A DNA stretch of 62,541 nt from Promethearchaeota archaeon (GTDB taxonomy: Archaea > Asgardarchaeota > Lokiarchaeia > Sigyniarchaeales > SOKP01), in the NCBI GenBank assembly GCA_048938445.1, contig JBHLME010000006.1, positions 1 through 62,541 of the forward strand, in the 5' to 3' direction. Under the pieces are notes generated by a model. It worked only from the letters and a program-made list of their open reading frames with translations, was not told the DNA's origin and ran no database searches. The position numbers and the translations under genes are program-made. Positions 52,099 to 62,227 of this stretch are shown here, in pieces. How positions within the stretch are numbered: position 1 is the first letter of the stretch; each line of letters opens with the position of its first letter.

Positions 52099-53055
52099 TT
52101 GGACAAGGTAGAGATAATAAAGAAAATCACATTTGGTATCATAAGTCTTTTTGGATTCATGTTAATGACAATTTCAATTATCCTATTATCCAACTTTTCA
52201 TTTCAAACGCGACTTGATTATACGATTGGGACATTCTTATGGGTATTAATATTTTTAGGGGGGATATTTGGAGGAGGGTCCTTAATTATAATTATATTGG
52301 TAGAAGTGAAAAAAAAAGAAGAAATTATAATAAAACAAATAATGAAAGATTTAGAGTCCCCTAAATTAATCAAATTTCAAAAATATCAATTAAGAAACAA
52401 ATCATTTTTCGGTATCTTTCCAATTATTATTTTATTCATTCCCTTAATTGCATTAACGTGGATATCAAATGAAATTATGGTTTCAGGTAACTTTAATTTA
52501 GCATCAGCGACTTTATTTATGGGTTATTCCATAATCATACCTGTAATGATCATATTCGGATTTAAAATTATATTGAGCTATGTAAAATATAGAAAATTAC
52601 TACGAAATCATGATAAATATTTTGCAAAAGAATCGAAAAATGACGGTGATCACGCTAATAATTATAAAAAAAATGCTTCTTCTCGGAGTATTTGGCTTGC
52701 TTATGCAGATAATTTTTATTGTGGTAATTGTGGCACTAATATTAATTCCAAAATGTTCCAGAAGGCTAAAAACAACGTAATAGAACCCAATGGTTTGACT
52801 TATTATTTATGTAAGAAGTGTGATAAAAAGAGTCTTGTGTGGAAAATTATTACCTATTTTATTATTTTAGGACTATTAATGGGTGTAATTTTAATTCTCG
52901 CGATTACTCTCCTAATAGAAGGTATAGATATTTACCAAGGTATATACTTTTCAATATTAATTTTCTCAACTATTCTAATTCCAAACATTTGGGTGCTTTT
53001 TTTCATCCCTACATTGCTATATTTTTACTTTCAGCATAAGAATAGGTATAAATAA
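52099..53055 (+). CDS. Membrane protein with internal Zn finger
   Basis: Six TM; CGNC...CKKC; AGGTG RBS before TTG. Confidence 0.65.
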   Translation: MDKVEIIKKITFGIISLFGFMLMTISIILLSNFSFQTRLDYTIGTFLWVLIFLGGIFGGGSLIIIILVEVKKKEEIIIKQIMKDLESPKLIKFQKYQLRNKSFFGIFPIIILFIPLIALTWISNEIMVSGNFNLASATLFMGYSIIIPVMIIFGFKIILSYVKYRKLLRNHDKYFAKESKNDGDHANNYKKNASSRSIWLAYADNFYCGNCGTNINSKMFQKAKNNVIEPNGLTYYLCKKCDKKSLVWKIITYFIILGLLMGVILILAITLLIEGIDIYQGIYFSILIFSTILIPNIWVLFFIPTLLYFYFQHKNRYK

Positions 53056-53145
53056 TTAATTTCTGTTTAAAACAATGAATTAATGAACTTATTTTTTCAG
53101 ATAAATTTCTTTATCAATAATTTAATCCTTTTATTTAGAAAGGGA

Positions 53146-53506
53146 GACTCCTGCCAACAAGACCAATTATAGGTCATAAAATAAAATAGGATAAGGAGGG
53201 CGAAATCAAAGTGTTTTTCAACACTAACCAAAAGACAAAAATCCAGGATGTGGCAGGAGTCATGGTTTAATTTCTAAAAAAATATTTTATTTTTTTTTTT
53301 GGATTCAAAACAATTTCAATCTTTCATAGTAATAGATAATGACGGAATTATTTAAATCTAATTATATATTTTAAAAAAAAGATTGGTGAAATAGAGAATA
53401 TTTTTTAGGATAATCTTTAAAGAGATTAACAAAAATTTGGTAATCTAGTATGAGAGATATTATTATTTTATATTATTCTCTTGAAATCCTGCCACATCCT
53501 GGATTT
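53146..53506. repeat. Three-site inverted-repeat element
   Basis: 20-bp perfect IR at 53239-53258 and 53487-53506; 11-bp IR at 53146-53156 and 53251-53261. Confidence 0.85.
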
Positions 53507-53862
53507 ATACCCCTTATTAAGCTCCTCACTTATTACATGAGCCTTACTTATCAATATTCATTAATTCAAATAAGATTTTAGGAGGGACTTAATATAAATA
53601 TTTTTTTATTACTTCTCAGATTATTAATAAAAGTTTATTTATTTTTAAATACAGTTATTCAAATTAATAAAAAATGATCCTTAATTTTATATGAATTTTT
53701 TATAAAAATATATTTAAAGAAGGAGTAATTGAAATTATTGGAAAATTGTTCCGTGATTTTTTAGATCCGGATGATAATGTTTAAAAGTCTTTTTATCTAT
53801 CTATTATAATATCAGTTTAGATGTACACCACATTTATGTAAAACAAAATATGAGCTATAAAA

Positions 53863-54945
53863 ATGACTTCAAAAAATTTTTTATCTAATAAAAAAAATGT
53901 TAAAATGTCATTTTCAACGTCAGCTGCACTTACTGATTGGGTAAAAAGACATGTGAGTGCTCAAAGACAAAAATTTCCGAAAGATGACAGATATAGAAGT
54001 GTTTCTTCTTTCATTCATCATTGTATGGAATATATAATGAATATTTTCGAAAAGGGCAAGACTCTTGAAGATTTTGACAGTTTTGTTGATCAATCCATTG
54101 CAAAATTTTATGATCAAATCACGTTTAGGGCAATAATCCCTCATTTCGAAGAATCAATTGAAATGAACAAATATATCTTACCAAGTAAAGGATTATTGAG
54201 TTTCTATAGTGCTTTTAGAAATTTTTTTGTAGAAGAAAGTGGTTATGATGATATGGTTGAAAAAATTGATAAAACTGTTAAATTTAATATTAAACGACTT
54301 GAAAATTTTTTAAAACAGAATAATATCTCTCAAAGTTTTACTATTGAAAAAGATGAAGATTTGTTTATCCTTGAATACAAGGGAAATTATAAAAATCTAC
54401 ATTTTGATGTCTCTAAAGCAATAGCTGGAATATTTGGTGTAGTAGGATTTAAGATCAAGAATATTACATATATTGCTGATAGTTCCATAAATTATTTTTA
54501 TACTAGATTTGATTTCGAATCTACAGAACTACTTAAACAGAAAAGACCAAGACTAAGTGAACAAACTGCTCTTGGTATGGAAAATCTTAAGAAATTAATT
54601 ACATATGAAAACATTCTGAATGATAAATCCGAACATGTTTGGCTCAACACGTCTGAATTAAAGGGGGCATTAATCTCCTTTAAAGATGTTCACACTGGAG
54701 TAGAATATCTCAAGTCGAAGATTGAAGAGCTAAAGAAATCAGTTGATCGAAAAGAACTCCAGAATAATGTATTAAAGATATTCGAACACTATCATTGGAT
54801 TATAATTGATAATAAAAAACCTCTTTCATTTCATTTCATCATCCCAAAAATCGAACATGAAGTGGAACATGAAATTATGGAGTTAATATTGTCTGAGTTC
54901 ATGCCAACTAATGTTAAAATGGAGAATCAAGTTATCATTGAATAA
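53863..54945 (+). CDS. Ribbon-helix-helix-like regulator with large C-terminal (possibly V4R-like) domain
   Basis: KMSFSTSAALTDWV...YRSVSSFIHHCM RHH pattern. Confidence 0.55.
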   Translation: MTSKNFLSNKKNVKMSFSTSAALTDWVKRHVSAQRQKFPKDDRYRSVSSFIHHCMEYIMNIFEKGKTLEDFDSFVDQSIAKFYDQITFRAIIPHFEESIEMNKYILPSKGLLSFYSAFRNFFVEESGYDDMVEKIDKTVKFNIKRLENFLKQNNISQSFTIEKDEDLFILEYKGNYKNLHFDVSKAIAGIFGVVGFKIKNITYIADSSINYFYTRFDFESTELLKQKRPRLSEQTALGMENLKKLITYENILNDKSEHVWLNTSELKGALISFKDVHTGVEYLKSKIEELKKSVDRKELQNNVLKIFEHYHWIIIDNKKPLSFHFIIPKIEHEVEHEIMELILSEFMPTNVKMENQVIIE

Positions 54946-55014
54946 AGAATAGTCAATAAATGCATTTAACTAATATTTTTATACTCAAAATTTCTATTTT
55001 TTATTAGATGACAA

Positions 55015-55509
55015 ATGAGTATTTCAACAGGAACTCCAAAAAGAGGCAGAGAACCCTATTTTCATTTGTATGGATATGAAAGAATAAGAAAGATTAAATA
55101 TATTGAATTTGGGGGACAGACTATTGATCAAGGATTTAGGTTAATTAGATTAATACCATTGACAATAATTAACGATAGGAATATATCAATCATTGGACCA
55201 GATATAATAGATATGAAGGAAGGGACCAAGCATTCCCTAGGTATCGTGGTAGATGTTGGAGGGAATAAATTAGAAAAAGCTATAGAAAATGTTTATGAAG
55301 TCATGATTGATCAAATCCTTCAATTAATAGATGGGATATTTAATAGGGGTATATGTGGACGGAACGTGTGGATATTTGTTTGGAAGGAAAAAATTCAATC
55401 TTTTAAGATTATAGGCAAACTTATTAATAAATATCTTAAAGCGGAATTTCCTGAAATAGAAAAAGTTCAGACCACATTTTTTATTGATAAAGCTGATCCA
55501 GTAAAATAA
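55015..55509 (+). CDS. Stand-alone N-terminal domain of acetyl-CoA synthase beta subunit (CdhC-like)
   Basis: ERIRK..YIEFGG, IIGPDI.DM.EG, V.G..LE..IE.V.E, AEFP.IEKVQ.TF; no A-cluster Cys domain. Confidence 0.8.
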   Translation: MSISTGTPKRGREPYFHLYGYERIRKIKYIEFGGQTIDQGFRLIRLIPLTIINDRNISIIGPDIIDMKEGTKHSLGIVVDVGGNKLEKAIENVYEVMIDQILQLIDGIFNRGICGRNVWIFVWKEKIQSFKIIGKLINKYLKAEFPEIEKVQTTFFIDKADPVK

Positions 55510-55677
55510 TCTTTTTATTTTCTTGAAATGGTTATTAAAAGAATTACTTTTATATATCTTCTCATTTCATATTAAATTACTTAATGAAAATTTGTCGAAT
55601 GAAATTTTAATTATTTTTACTGGAATAGTAAAAAATACACAGTTAGACAAATAATGAAAATCTGAGGGGTAGAAAAA

Positions 55678-58293
55678 CTGATTTATAAACAGAAATACAA
55701 AACTTATCTTTTAAGTTTATTACTTGCCTTGTTATTAATAAGTCAATTCACCTCATTTTTAATATTAGGATCTCCAAAAATTAAAGCCATTGATACACCT
55801 TTTGAATTTAAATATAAAACAGCATCAGGGACTCTTACACGAAATTATTATCCAATTACCTTAAACAATGATAGTGCACCTTTAATATGGTCAATGTTGG
55901 ATAACCTTCATGTAGATAATATGAGAGTTGCCTATTATGATGGAAGTGAGTGGATTTTAGTGCCTTTCCAGCTTGATGAAAAGGGATATGTAAGAACACT
56001 CATTTATACTGCAGGTTTTCAAGCAGATTTTACTCTTCTTGGTGGTCCTGTGCAAGAAGCAGACTTATGTAACTATGGTAGATATCAAGCAATAAAACGA
56101 TATTTGGGCAAAGATATAGATGCTTCTCCAGATGATGATTATCGAGAGCAAACAAAATACGAATGTGAATTGGGATTTTGGGATACGATTAATGTTGAGA
56201 ACTGGATATATGATCCGGATTTTGCACCTCCTTCAGAACCTATTTTTAACGAAACTATTGATTTACCACAAAATCCTCATTGTATAGATTATGATGATGA
56301 ATTATATTTTTATGCTTATAATGGAAATCAAGTTTCCCGAGATAATTGGTGGAATGAGGAAATATATCCAAACCGATTTGAGATTGAAATAAATGATCCT
56401 ATAGACGGGGGTCAAACGTGGATGTATTTATATTATAATAAAGATGAGAGTATTCCTATTAATGAGGATCATTATTTCATTCCCACAACAGGTCCTCATG
56501 CTGGGGCGGATTATATTAATTGGGATCCTTCAAACCTAACAGCATCCGGTATAAATTATGATTATTCGTATAATTTGAGTAATATTGATATTTCTAGTAT
56601 AAATGTGAATTCTATTCCAATAATAAACGAGGGAGATAAGCAATATATTTCTATGGGCTTTAGTGCAGCATTAAATTACTTGGGAATAATTAATTATAAC
56701 ATTAACGTGGATGATGAGATTTGGGAAGAAGGTACTTGGGATGGTTTATATTATGATGAGATAAAATCATACATCGGTTATGGAATTACAATGGATCTTG
56801 ACCTTCCCGGTATCGAAGACTTTCCAGGGCAGGATAATAATTATAGAAATGCTCACGATTATAATGGATATTATGATGATAGAACTCATGGAAATATTTA
56901 TGACACTTCAAAATCTTATATTATCCCTCCTTTTATAAACTTTCCAGATATCATTAAAGCAGATTCTGCAGACCATGATGGAAACACTTCTGAAATCGTT
57001 CCTTTCGCAAGAGGTAAACTTGATACTTCTAATGTTAATGGTGAAGCTGCTATTGATGGACCATGCCGCGTGATCATCAATAAATACAATGTTCGAGTGA
57101 CGGGCTTTAATGTAGATGCTCCAGTAAATTACGAAGAATTTTATCTAGTTACCAATATGGAATCATGGTTTAGCGCTAATATGATGGGTGATTTTGAAAC
57201 CGAATTATCCATGAATTTTACTTTTGGAGAAAGCGGAATTGAATTTGAATATCAAATATTTGTTCATTTTGCGTATATTGCGGGACAACAATATACCTCA
57301 GAATTTATTAGTGATCCTTACTCTTATGTGATGTTTGGTCAAGCACCTGCAGGTGAAAATGGACTTCCTACCCTCCCTAGATGTTACGAAGGAACTGGTA
57401 AGGTTTGGCCATTGAAATGTCATCCCGATGGTATTCAAGGAACCGATGAGTATTTAATAGGCAATGGACCTGTTATTGATAAATATGATAATGATCCCAT
57501 AAATCCTTCTAGTGAAGATAATCCTTTAAGTGATTGGGCTTATGCTCATTATAACACCAGCATAGGAGGTGTATTAACATATATTCCATACCAAGAGTTT
57601 AAACCTCTTTTTACAGGAGGTAGTGACGGAAAAGCGGATTTATCTACTTACTGGGCAGATAGTGATATTACAGAATATTCGATATATGGGAATGATGCTA
57701 ACATAAATGGCGCTACCAAACCGTTTGAAAAAATTGTTTTATTTGCTGATCTTGAGGGTACAAGTGATTCTTTAACTGATATAAATTGTAAAAGGGAGTA
57801 TGCAAGAATGAAAATAAAACTAAGCGACAATCTTATAATTACAGAACAAGAATTTGATTTAATTCCAAATATTAATTTTATTGCTGACAAAACAATGATA
57901 ACGGTTGGTGATACTGTTGTATTTACATTATTGGGAATATTAGGAAACGAACCATTGACATTTGATTGGGACTTTGGTGATGGTATTACATCTCATATTG
58001 CCGATCCTACTCACATGTATACGGTTGAGGGCAATTATAGTGTTTCCATTACAGTCACCGATGGGGACAATCAAGAAGATACTGAAATTAAAAGTAATTA
58101 TATTATAGTTAAAAATAAAACTGATCAAGGGATATACACTCCTCTTCCGCATTTTCCACCAAATATTGGTGAAATCATTATAGGGCTTACCATTATATTC
58201 AGTGGGGGTGCAGCTATAGCTTTAATAATTTTTTACACTGGAAAAGTACGAACTAAAAGAAAACGTGATAACTATATCCATAGAGGATCTTAA
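55678..58293 (+). CDS. Secreted, membrane-anchored protein with PKD domain
   Basis: Signal peptide (probable CTG start at 55678), VPFQLDE and DYDDELYF motifs, WDFGDG PKD signature, C-terminal TM + basic tail. Confidence 0.8.
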   Translation: MIYKQKYKTYLLSLLLALLLISQFTSFLILGSPKIKAIDTPFEFKYKTASGTLTRNYYPITLNNDSAPLIWSMLDNLHVDNMRVAYYDGSEWILVPFQLDEKGYVRTLIYTAGFQADFTLLGGPVQEADLCNYGRYQAIKRYLGKDIDASPDDDYREQTKYECELGFWDTINVENWIYDPDFAPPSEPIFNETIDLPQNPHCIDYDDELYFYAYNGNQVSRDNWWNEEIYPNRFEIEINDPIDGGQTWMYLYYNKDESIPINEDHYFIPTTGPHAGADYINWDPSNLTASGINYDYSYNLSNIDISSINVNSIPIINEGDKQYISMGFSAALNYLGIINYNINVDDEIWEEGTWDGLYYDEIKSYIGYGITMDLDLPGIEDFPGQDNNYRNAHDYNGYYDDRTHGNIYDTSKSYIIPPFINFPDIIKADSADHDGNTSEIVPFARGKLDTSNVNGEAAIDGPCRVIINKYNVRVTGFNVDAPVNYEEFYLVTNMESWFSANMMGDFETELSMNFTFGESGIEFEYQIFVHFAYIAGQQYTSEFISDPYSYVMFGQAPAGENGLPTLPRCYEGTGKVWPLKCHPDGIQGTDEYLIGNGPVIDKYDNDPINPSSEDNPLSDWAYAHYNTSIGGVLTYIPYQEFKPLFTGGSDGKADLSTYWADSDITEYSIYGNDANINGATKPFEKIVLFADLEGTSDSLTDINCKREYARMKIKLSDNLIITEQEFDLIPNINFIADKTMITVGDTVVFTLLGILGNEPLTFDWDFGDGITSHIADPTHMYTVEGNYSVSITVTDGDNQEDTEIKSNYIIVKNKTDQGIYTPLPHFPPNIGEIIIGLTIIFSGGAAIALIIFYTGKVRTKRKRDNYIHRGS

Positions 58294-58641
58294 AAATTTA
58301 AAAATAATAATGATTATTACTATAATTTTTTTGATTTTACAGGAATTTTAAATAAAATATCTTCTACTTTTATTTTTTCAAAAATAGGTAACTCTTTATG
58401 AGCATCATCTTGCTTGAATGGAAAGGTTTCACTCTGTTGATTTTTTTTCATAAAAAATCACTTAATTTTTTTTGATTTTCCTATGCTTGATATTGTAATG
58501 AAAAATCTATAAATATTATATATTAGTACCGTTAAACTGATATATAAAGCTTAATCAATTTCTAATTATTCGTGTTATCTAAACGTAAATTTATTATTTT
58601 TTACTATAGTATTTTTTAAAATTTCAGAGATTGAAAAGATT

Positions 58642-59730
58642 ATGAGTAAAACAACTAAAATTTATTTTGAAGTAGAAGCAGATATGAAAAAATTATATGA
58701 AAAACAAATTGCTATAATCGGTTATGGAAACCAAGGGAGAGCTCAGGCATTGAATTTAAGAGATAGTGGTCAGATGGTAATAATAGGAAATATGAAGGAT
58801 ACTTACAAAGAAAAAGCTATAAAAGATGGTTTTGATGTTTATGATATTCCCACCGCTGTCAAGCGAGCAGATATCGTGTTCATTCTCACACCAGATGAAA
58901 CCATGCCCGACCTTTTCAAAAAACAAATTGAACCTAATTTAAAAAATGGTGCTTGCATAAATTTTGCAAGTGGCTATAACATAGCTTTTGGACTGATTAT
59001 CCCTCCTCACGATATTGATGTCATCTTGATTGCTCCAAGGATGATTGGAGCAGGTGTAAGGGAGAATTATTTGAATGGAGAAGGTTATTATAGCTTTATA
59101 GGGATTCATCAAGATCATACAGGAAACGCGAAATCTATATTATTAGCATTGGCTAAAGCTTTGGGCACTTTAAAAAAAGCTGCAGTTGAAGTCACGATGA
59201 AAGAAGAAGTTATATTGGATCTCTTCAATGAACAAGCATTTGGTCCTGCATTTGGAAGAGTGCTTTTAACTTGTATTAAGGTATTAATTAAAAATGGAAT
59301 ACCGCCTGAAGCCGCATTAATTGAAATGTACATGAGCAACGAAATGTCTTATACTTACGCAAAAATGGGTCAAATAGGGCTCGTTAAACAAACTAATTTT
59401 CATTCTCACACATCTCAATATGGTGCAATGTCAAGAGGTATGAGATATCTCAAGTTACCCTTCGAACCAATAATGCAACGTACATTTGATGAAATCGCCT
59501 CAGGGACGTTTGCCCGAGAATGGGCAGGAAAATTTGCAAAATTAAAATTTAAAGTTATCAAGTTTTTTGCAATGAAGCAAAAAATTAATAAAATTGAAAA
59601 AACTGTTCGCAAAAATCTCAAGTTAGAAGAATTTGATGTATATACTGCTCCAGAAAACATTGAAGAACTCTTAAAGAAACCTGAAATTAAAAATGAATTA
59701 ACTGATATAAAAGCTACATTTGATTTTTAA
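58642..59730 (+). CDS. ilvC: Ketol-acid reductoisomerase
   Basis: IGYGNQGRAQALNLRDSG, L.PDE, IAPR, EE..DLF.EQ, HSHTSQYG. Confidence 0.9.
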   Translation: MSKTTKIYFEVEADMKKLYEKQIAIIGYGNQGRAQALNLRDSGQMVIIGNMKDTYKEKAIKDGFDVYDIPTAVKRADIVFILTPDETMPDLFKKQIEPNLKNGACINFASGYNIAFGLIIPPHDIDVILIAPRMIGAGVRENYLNGEGYYSFIGIHQDHTGNAKSILLALAKALGTLKKAAVEVTMKEEVILDLFNEQAFGPAFGRVLLTCIKVLIKNGIPPEAALIEMYMSNEMSYTYAKMGQIGLVKQTNFHSHTSQYGAMSRGMRYLKLPFEPIMQRTFDEIASGTFAREWAGKFAKLKFKVIKFFAMKQKINKIEKTVRKNLKLEEFDVYTAPENIEELLKKPEIKNELTDIKATFDF

Positions 59731-59751
59731 CTAAGGATTAGTGTATTTGTA

Positions 59752-61191
59752 CTATTTACTTTTTTTTATCCCATATTCATATAAAGCTAAGAAAGCTTTT
59801 GAAGCTCTTTCTACATTAGGAAACACTATAAAATCATCTTCTAAAAGCATGTTATAAAATTTACTTCGGCTTTTACTTGTATATTCTGGTAAAGTAATAA
59901 TTAAAACCTTATTTAATGATTCTATATGCTTTTTTATTTGAAGCAAGTTATGGTAGTATCCCTGAAATCGATCATCATCAGACTCCCTCCACGCATCAGA
60001 TTCAATTATTACTAAATCAATATTTTCTGCGATAGCTGCCTTAGCAATTTCAAGATATTCATTCGTATAAACAATCCAAGGTAAATCAAGTGGATTTGAC
60101 AAGCTTCCAATGATTTTAGGATAGATTTTTTTTAATTTTTCAAGAGTTTTACCCTCAAAAATAGGCATCTCCAATCCTAAGCCCGTGATTATGTCTGTTG
60201 CTAAAATTCCAAACCCTCCAGACCATAAAATCACTAATACATTTTTTCCTTTTGGGTATATATCTTTTTCTTTTCTTTTTAAAAGACTATAAAATAAGTA
60301 AGTATAGTCAATCAAATCATCTAAAGAAGAAGGAACTTCAATAGTAGATGTTTGATTAAACATTGCTTTCCAAATCCTTTGATTTGAAGCAATTGCTCCA
60401 GTATGGCTAGCCGCAGCAGTTTGAGCTCTTGAAGATTTTCCACCTTTTATTAATAACACCGGTTTTTTCATATTTTTTAAAGTATTGAATAATTTTTTTC
60501 CTTCATTTGGATACAATTTAGAAAATCCTTCAATATACACACATATTATTTTAGTCTGGTCAATATTATTAAAATACTCTAAAAAATCGGATACTTGAAG
60601 ATCAACACAATTTCCGATACTAACTCCATGGGTAAATCTAAGTCTGTGTCTTATTGAACCAAATTTTATCATTTTTGAGTGTAAATCTCCCGATTGAAAA
60701 ATTAATGAAATAATACCCTCTTCTTTTGGGAATGTTGGATAATAAGAAATCCCTCCGGTAGGACAATATATTCCCATGCAATTTGGTCCCATAATTCTCG
60801 TAGCATTATTATTTGCTTCTAATAATGATTTTATCTCACTTTCTATTTTTTCTCCTTTCTCATCGGCTTCACCCGTTCCTGCAGTGAAGATGTGAATGAA
60901 ATTAACTTTTTTTTTTGAGAAGATATCTTTTAATGTTTCAATTAAACCTTCTCTTCTAATTGACAAGATGATCAGGTCGATTGTGTCAACAGGAACATCA
61001 TTTAAGCTTTTATAACATTTATAACCGAATAATTCCTCTCTTGAGGTATTTATCAAATAGAGATTATTCATTTCAAAACCCATTTCTTTAAATCCATATA
61101 TAAAGTAACCAACTTTTTCACTTGCGTAGACTATAGCTACATTTTTGGGTTTAAATAATGAATCTAATGTCATTTTTATAGGATTACTCAA
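59752..61191 (-). CDS. ADP-forming acyl-CoA synthetase alpha-subunit family
   Basis: LFKPKNVA, GPNCMG, QSG, SIGN..D, ASHTGA (phospho-His), NPLDL. Confidence 0.88.
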   Translation of the reverse strand: MSNPIKMTLDSLFKPKNVAIVYASEKVGYFIYGFKEMGFEMNNLYLINTSREELFGYKCYKSLNDVPVDTIDLIILSIRREGLIETLKDIFSKKKVNFIHIFTAGTGEADEKGEKIESEIKSLLEANNNATRIMGPNCMGIYCPTGGISYYPTFPKEEGIISLIFQSGDLHSKMIKFGSIRHRLRFTHGVSIGNCVDLQVSDFLEYFNNIDQTKIICVYIEGFSKLYPNEGKKLFNTLKNMKKPVLLIKGGKSSRAQTAAASHTGAIASNQRIWKAMFNQTSTIEVPSSLDDLIDYTYLFYSLLKRKEKDIYPKGKNVLVILWSGGFGILATDIITGLGLEMPIFEGKTLEKLKKIYPKIIGSLSNPLDLPWIVYTNEYLEIAKAAIAENIDLVIIESDAWRESDDDRFQGYYHNLLQIKKHIESLNKVLIITLPEYTSKSRSKFYNMLLEDDFIVFPNVERASKAFLALYEYGIKKSK

Positions 61192-61784
61192 TAATGCTTT
61201 CTTCTTTTATAATTTTATTTAAACAATTATAGCAATATTTTGGAAGTGAACTAAATTCTGTTCCGCATTTATTGCATTTATGCCATGAAATAAATTTTTC
61301 TTGTTCCAAATCCTTATAGATAAGAGTCTTTTCTGATTTTACTATTTTTTTTAAAATAAATGTAGCACATAAAGAAACCATTACAATAATAAGTCCAAGA
61401 GAGATTGATTTGAGTAGGAGAAATTGCATGTTTGAAGAAAAATAATTTGGAGAATATCTTGATATGAAAATATAAAAAAAAAAAATTTGGAAGAATAAAA
61501 ATAGTTAAATTCATGGTTATTGATTTCCAATATCTTTTAATAATTAAAATAGGAATTAACGCAATTAACATCCAAATACAAACTATAAAAATTAATTGTT
61601 CCATATCTCCAAACATCACGTAATTAGCTAAAAATTGAATTATTAACTGCCTCTCTATTATAATACCAGAATCAAAAGATATCCTGAAATAATAACCAGA
61701 ACTGTATATTATAATGCTCAGTATGATGAATTGAATTAAGAAAATGATTGTTTTTTTTTCTAAAATCCTTCTTATTTTTTCCAT
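61184..61784 (-). pseudogene. Membrane protein with C-terminal Zn ribbon, split by a +1 frameshift in a T12 run
   Basis: Removing one base from the A12 run (61474-61485, + strand) joins ORFs 61314-61784 and 61184-61429 (...PNFFFYIFISRYSPNYFSSNMQFLLL...CNKC...CYNC). Confidence 0.75.
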
Positions 61785-62227
61785 ATAGTTCTTATTAATA
61801 CAACATCAAATTAAACTCTTTTAGTATCAAATATGAGCTAAAAATGTCTACTTCATGTAATTTCTAAATATATATAAAAAAATTCTTGATAAATTTAATT
61901 CAGTTAAATTATTTTGTTGAATTATTTTTCTCAAAAATTAAAAATTTGTAAATTTTAGTTATTTTTTATTAATTAAGATTATAACTTAAACACGTTTCTG
62001 TATTTTACGTAATTAGGATTCATTTAGAAATCATATGTTATTATTAAAATCTTATTTTAATATATTGACGATGCCCTCAGAAAGCGTAAAATTTTTATTT
62101 TTTAAAGAATTTTTTACATTATCGTGTATGCTTATTTTTATAATAAATTTATTTTCATGGATTTAAGATATATTCATCTTCCCATGAAATTCACTTTACA
62201 TAGTCATATAATGGAGGTTCCTCTTTT

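Noticed and set aside
53174-53263. 29-codon minus-strand ORF MTPATSWIFVFWLVLKNTLISPSLSYFIL (possible type I toxin)
   Set aside because: Hydrophobicity is expected from T-rich DNA, and there is no RBS or other support; not fully excluded
53146-53506. CRISPR mini-array, tRNA or 5S rRNA interpretation of the repeats
   Set aside because: Copies are inverted and irregularly spaced; no cloverleaf/T-loop or 5S consensus; no cas genes
44534-58293. Integrated mobile element or provirus
   Set aside because: No integrase, transposase, capsid or att repeats seen; contains a core histone gene
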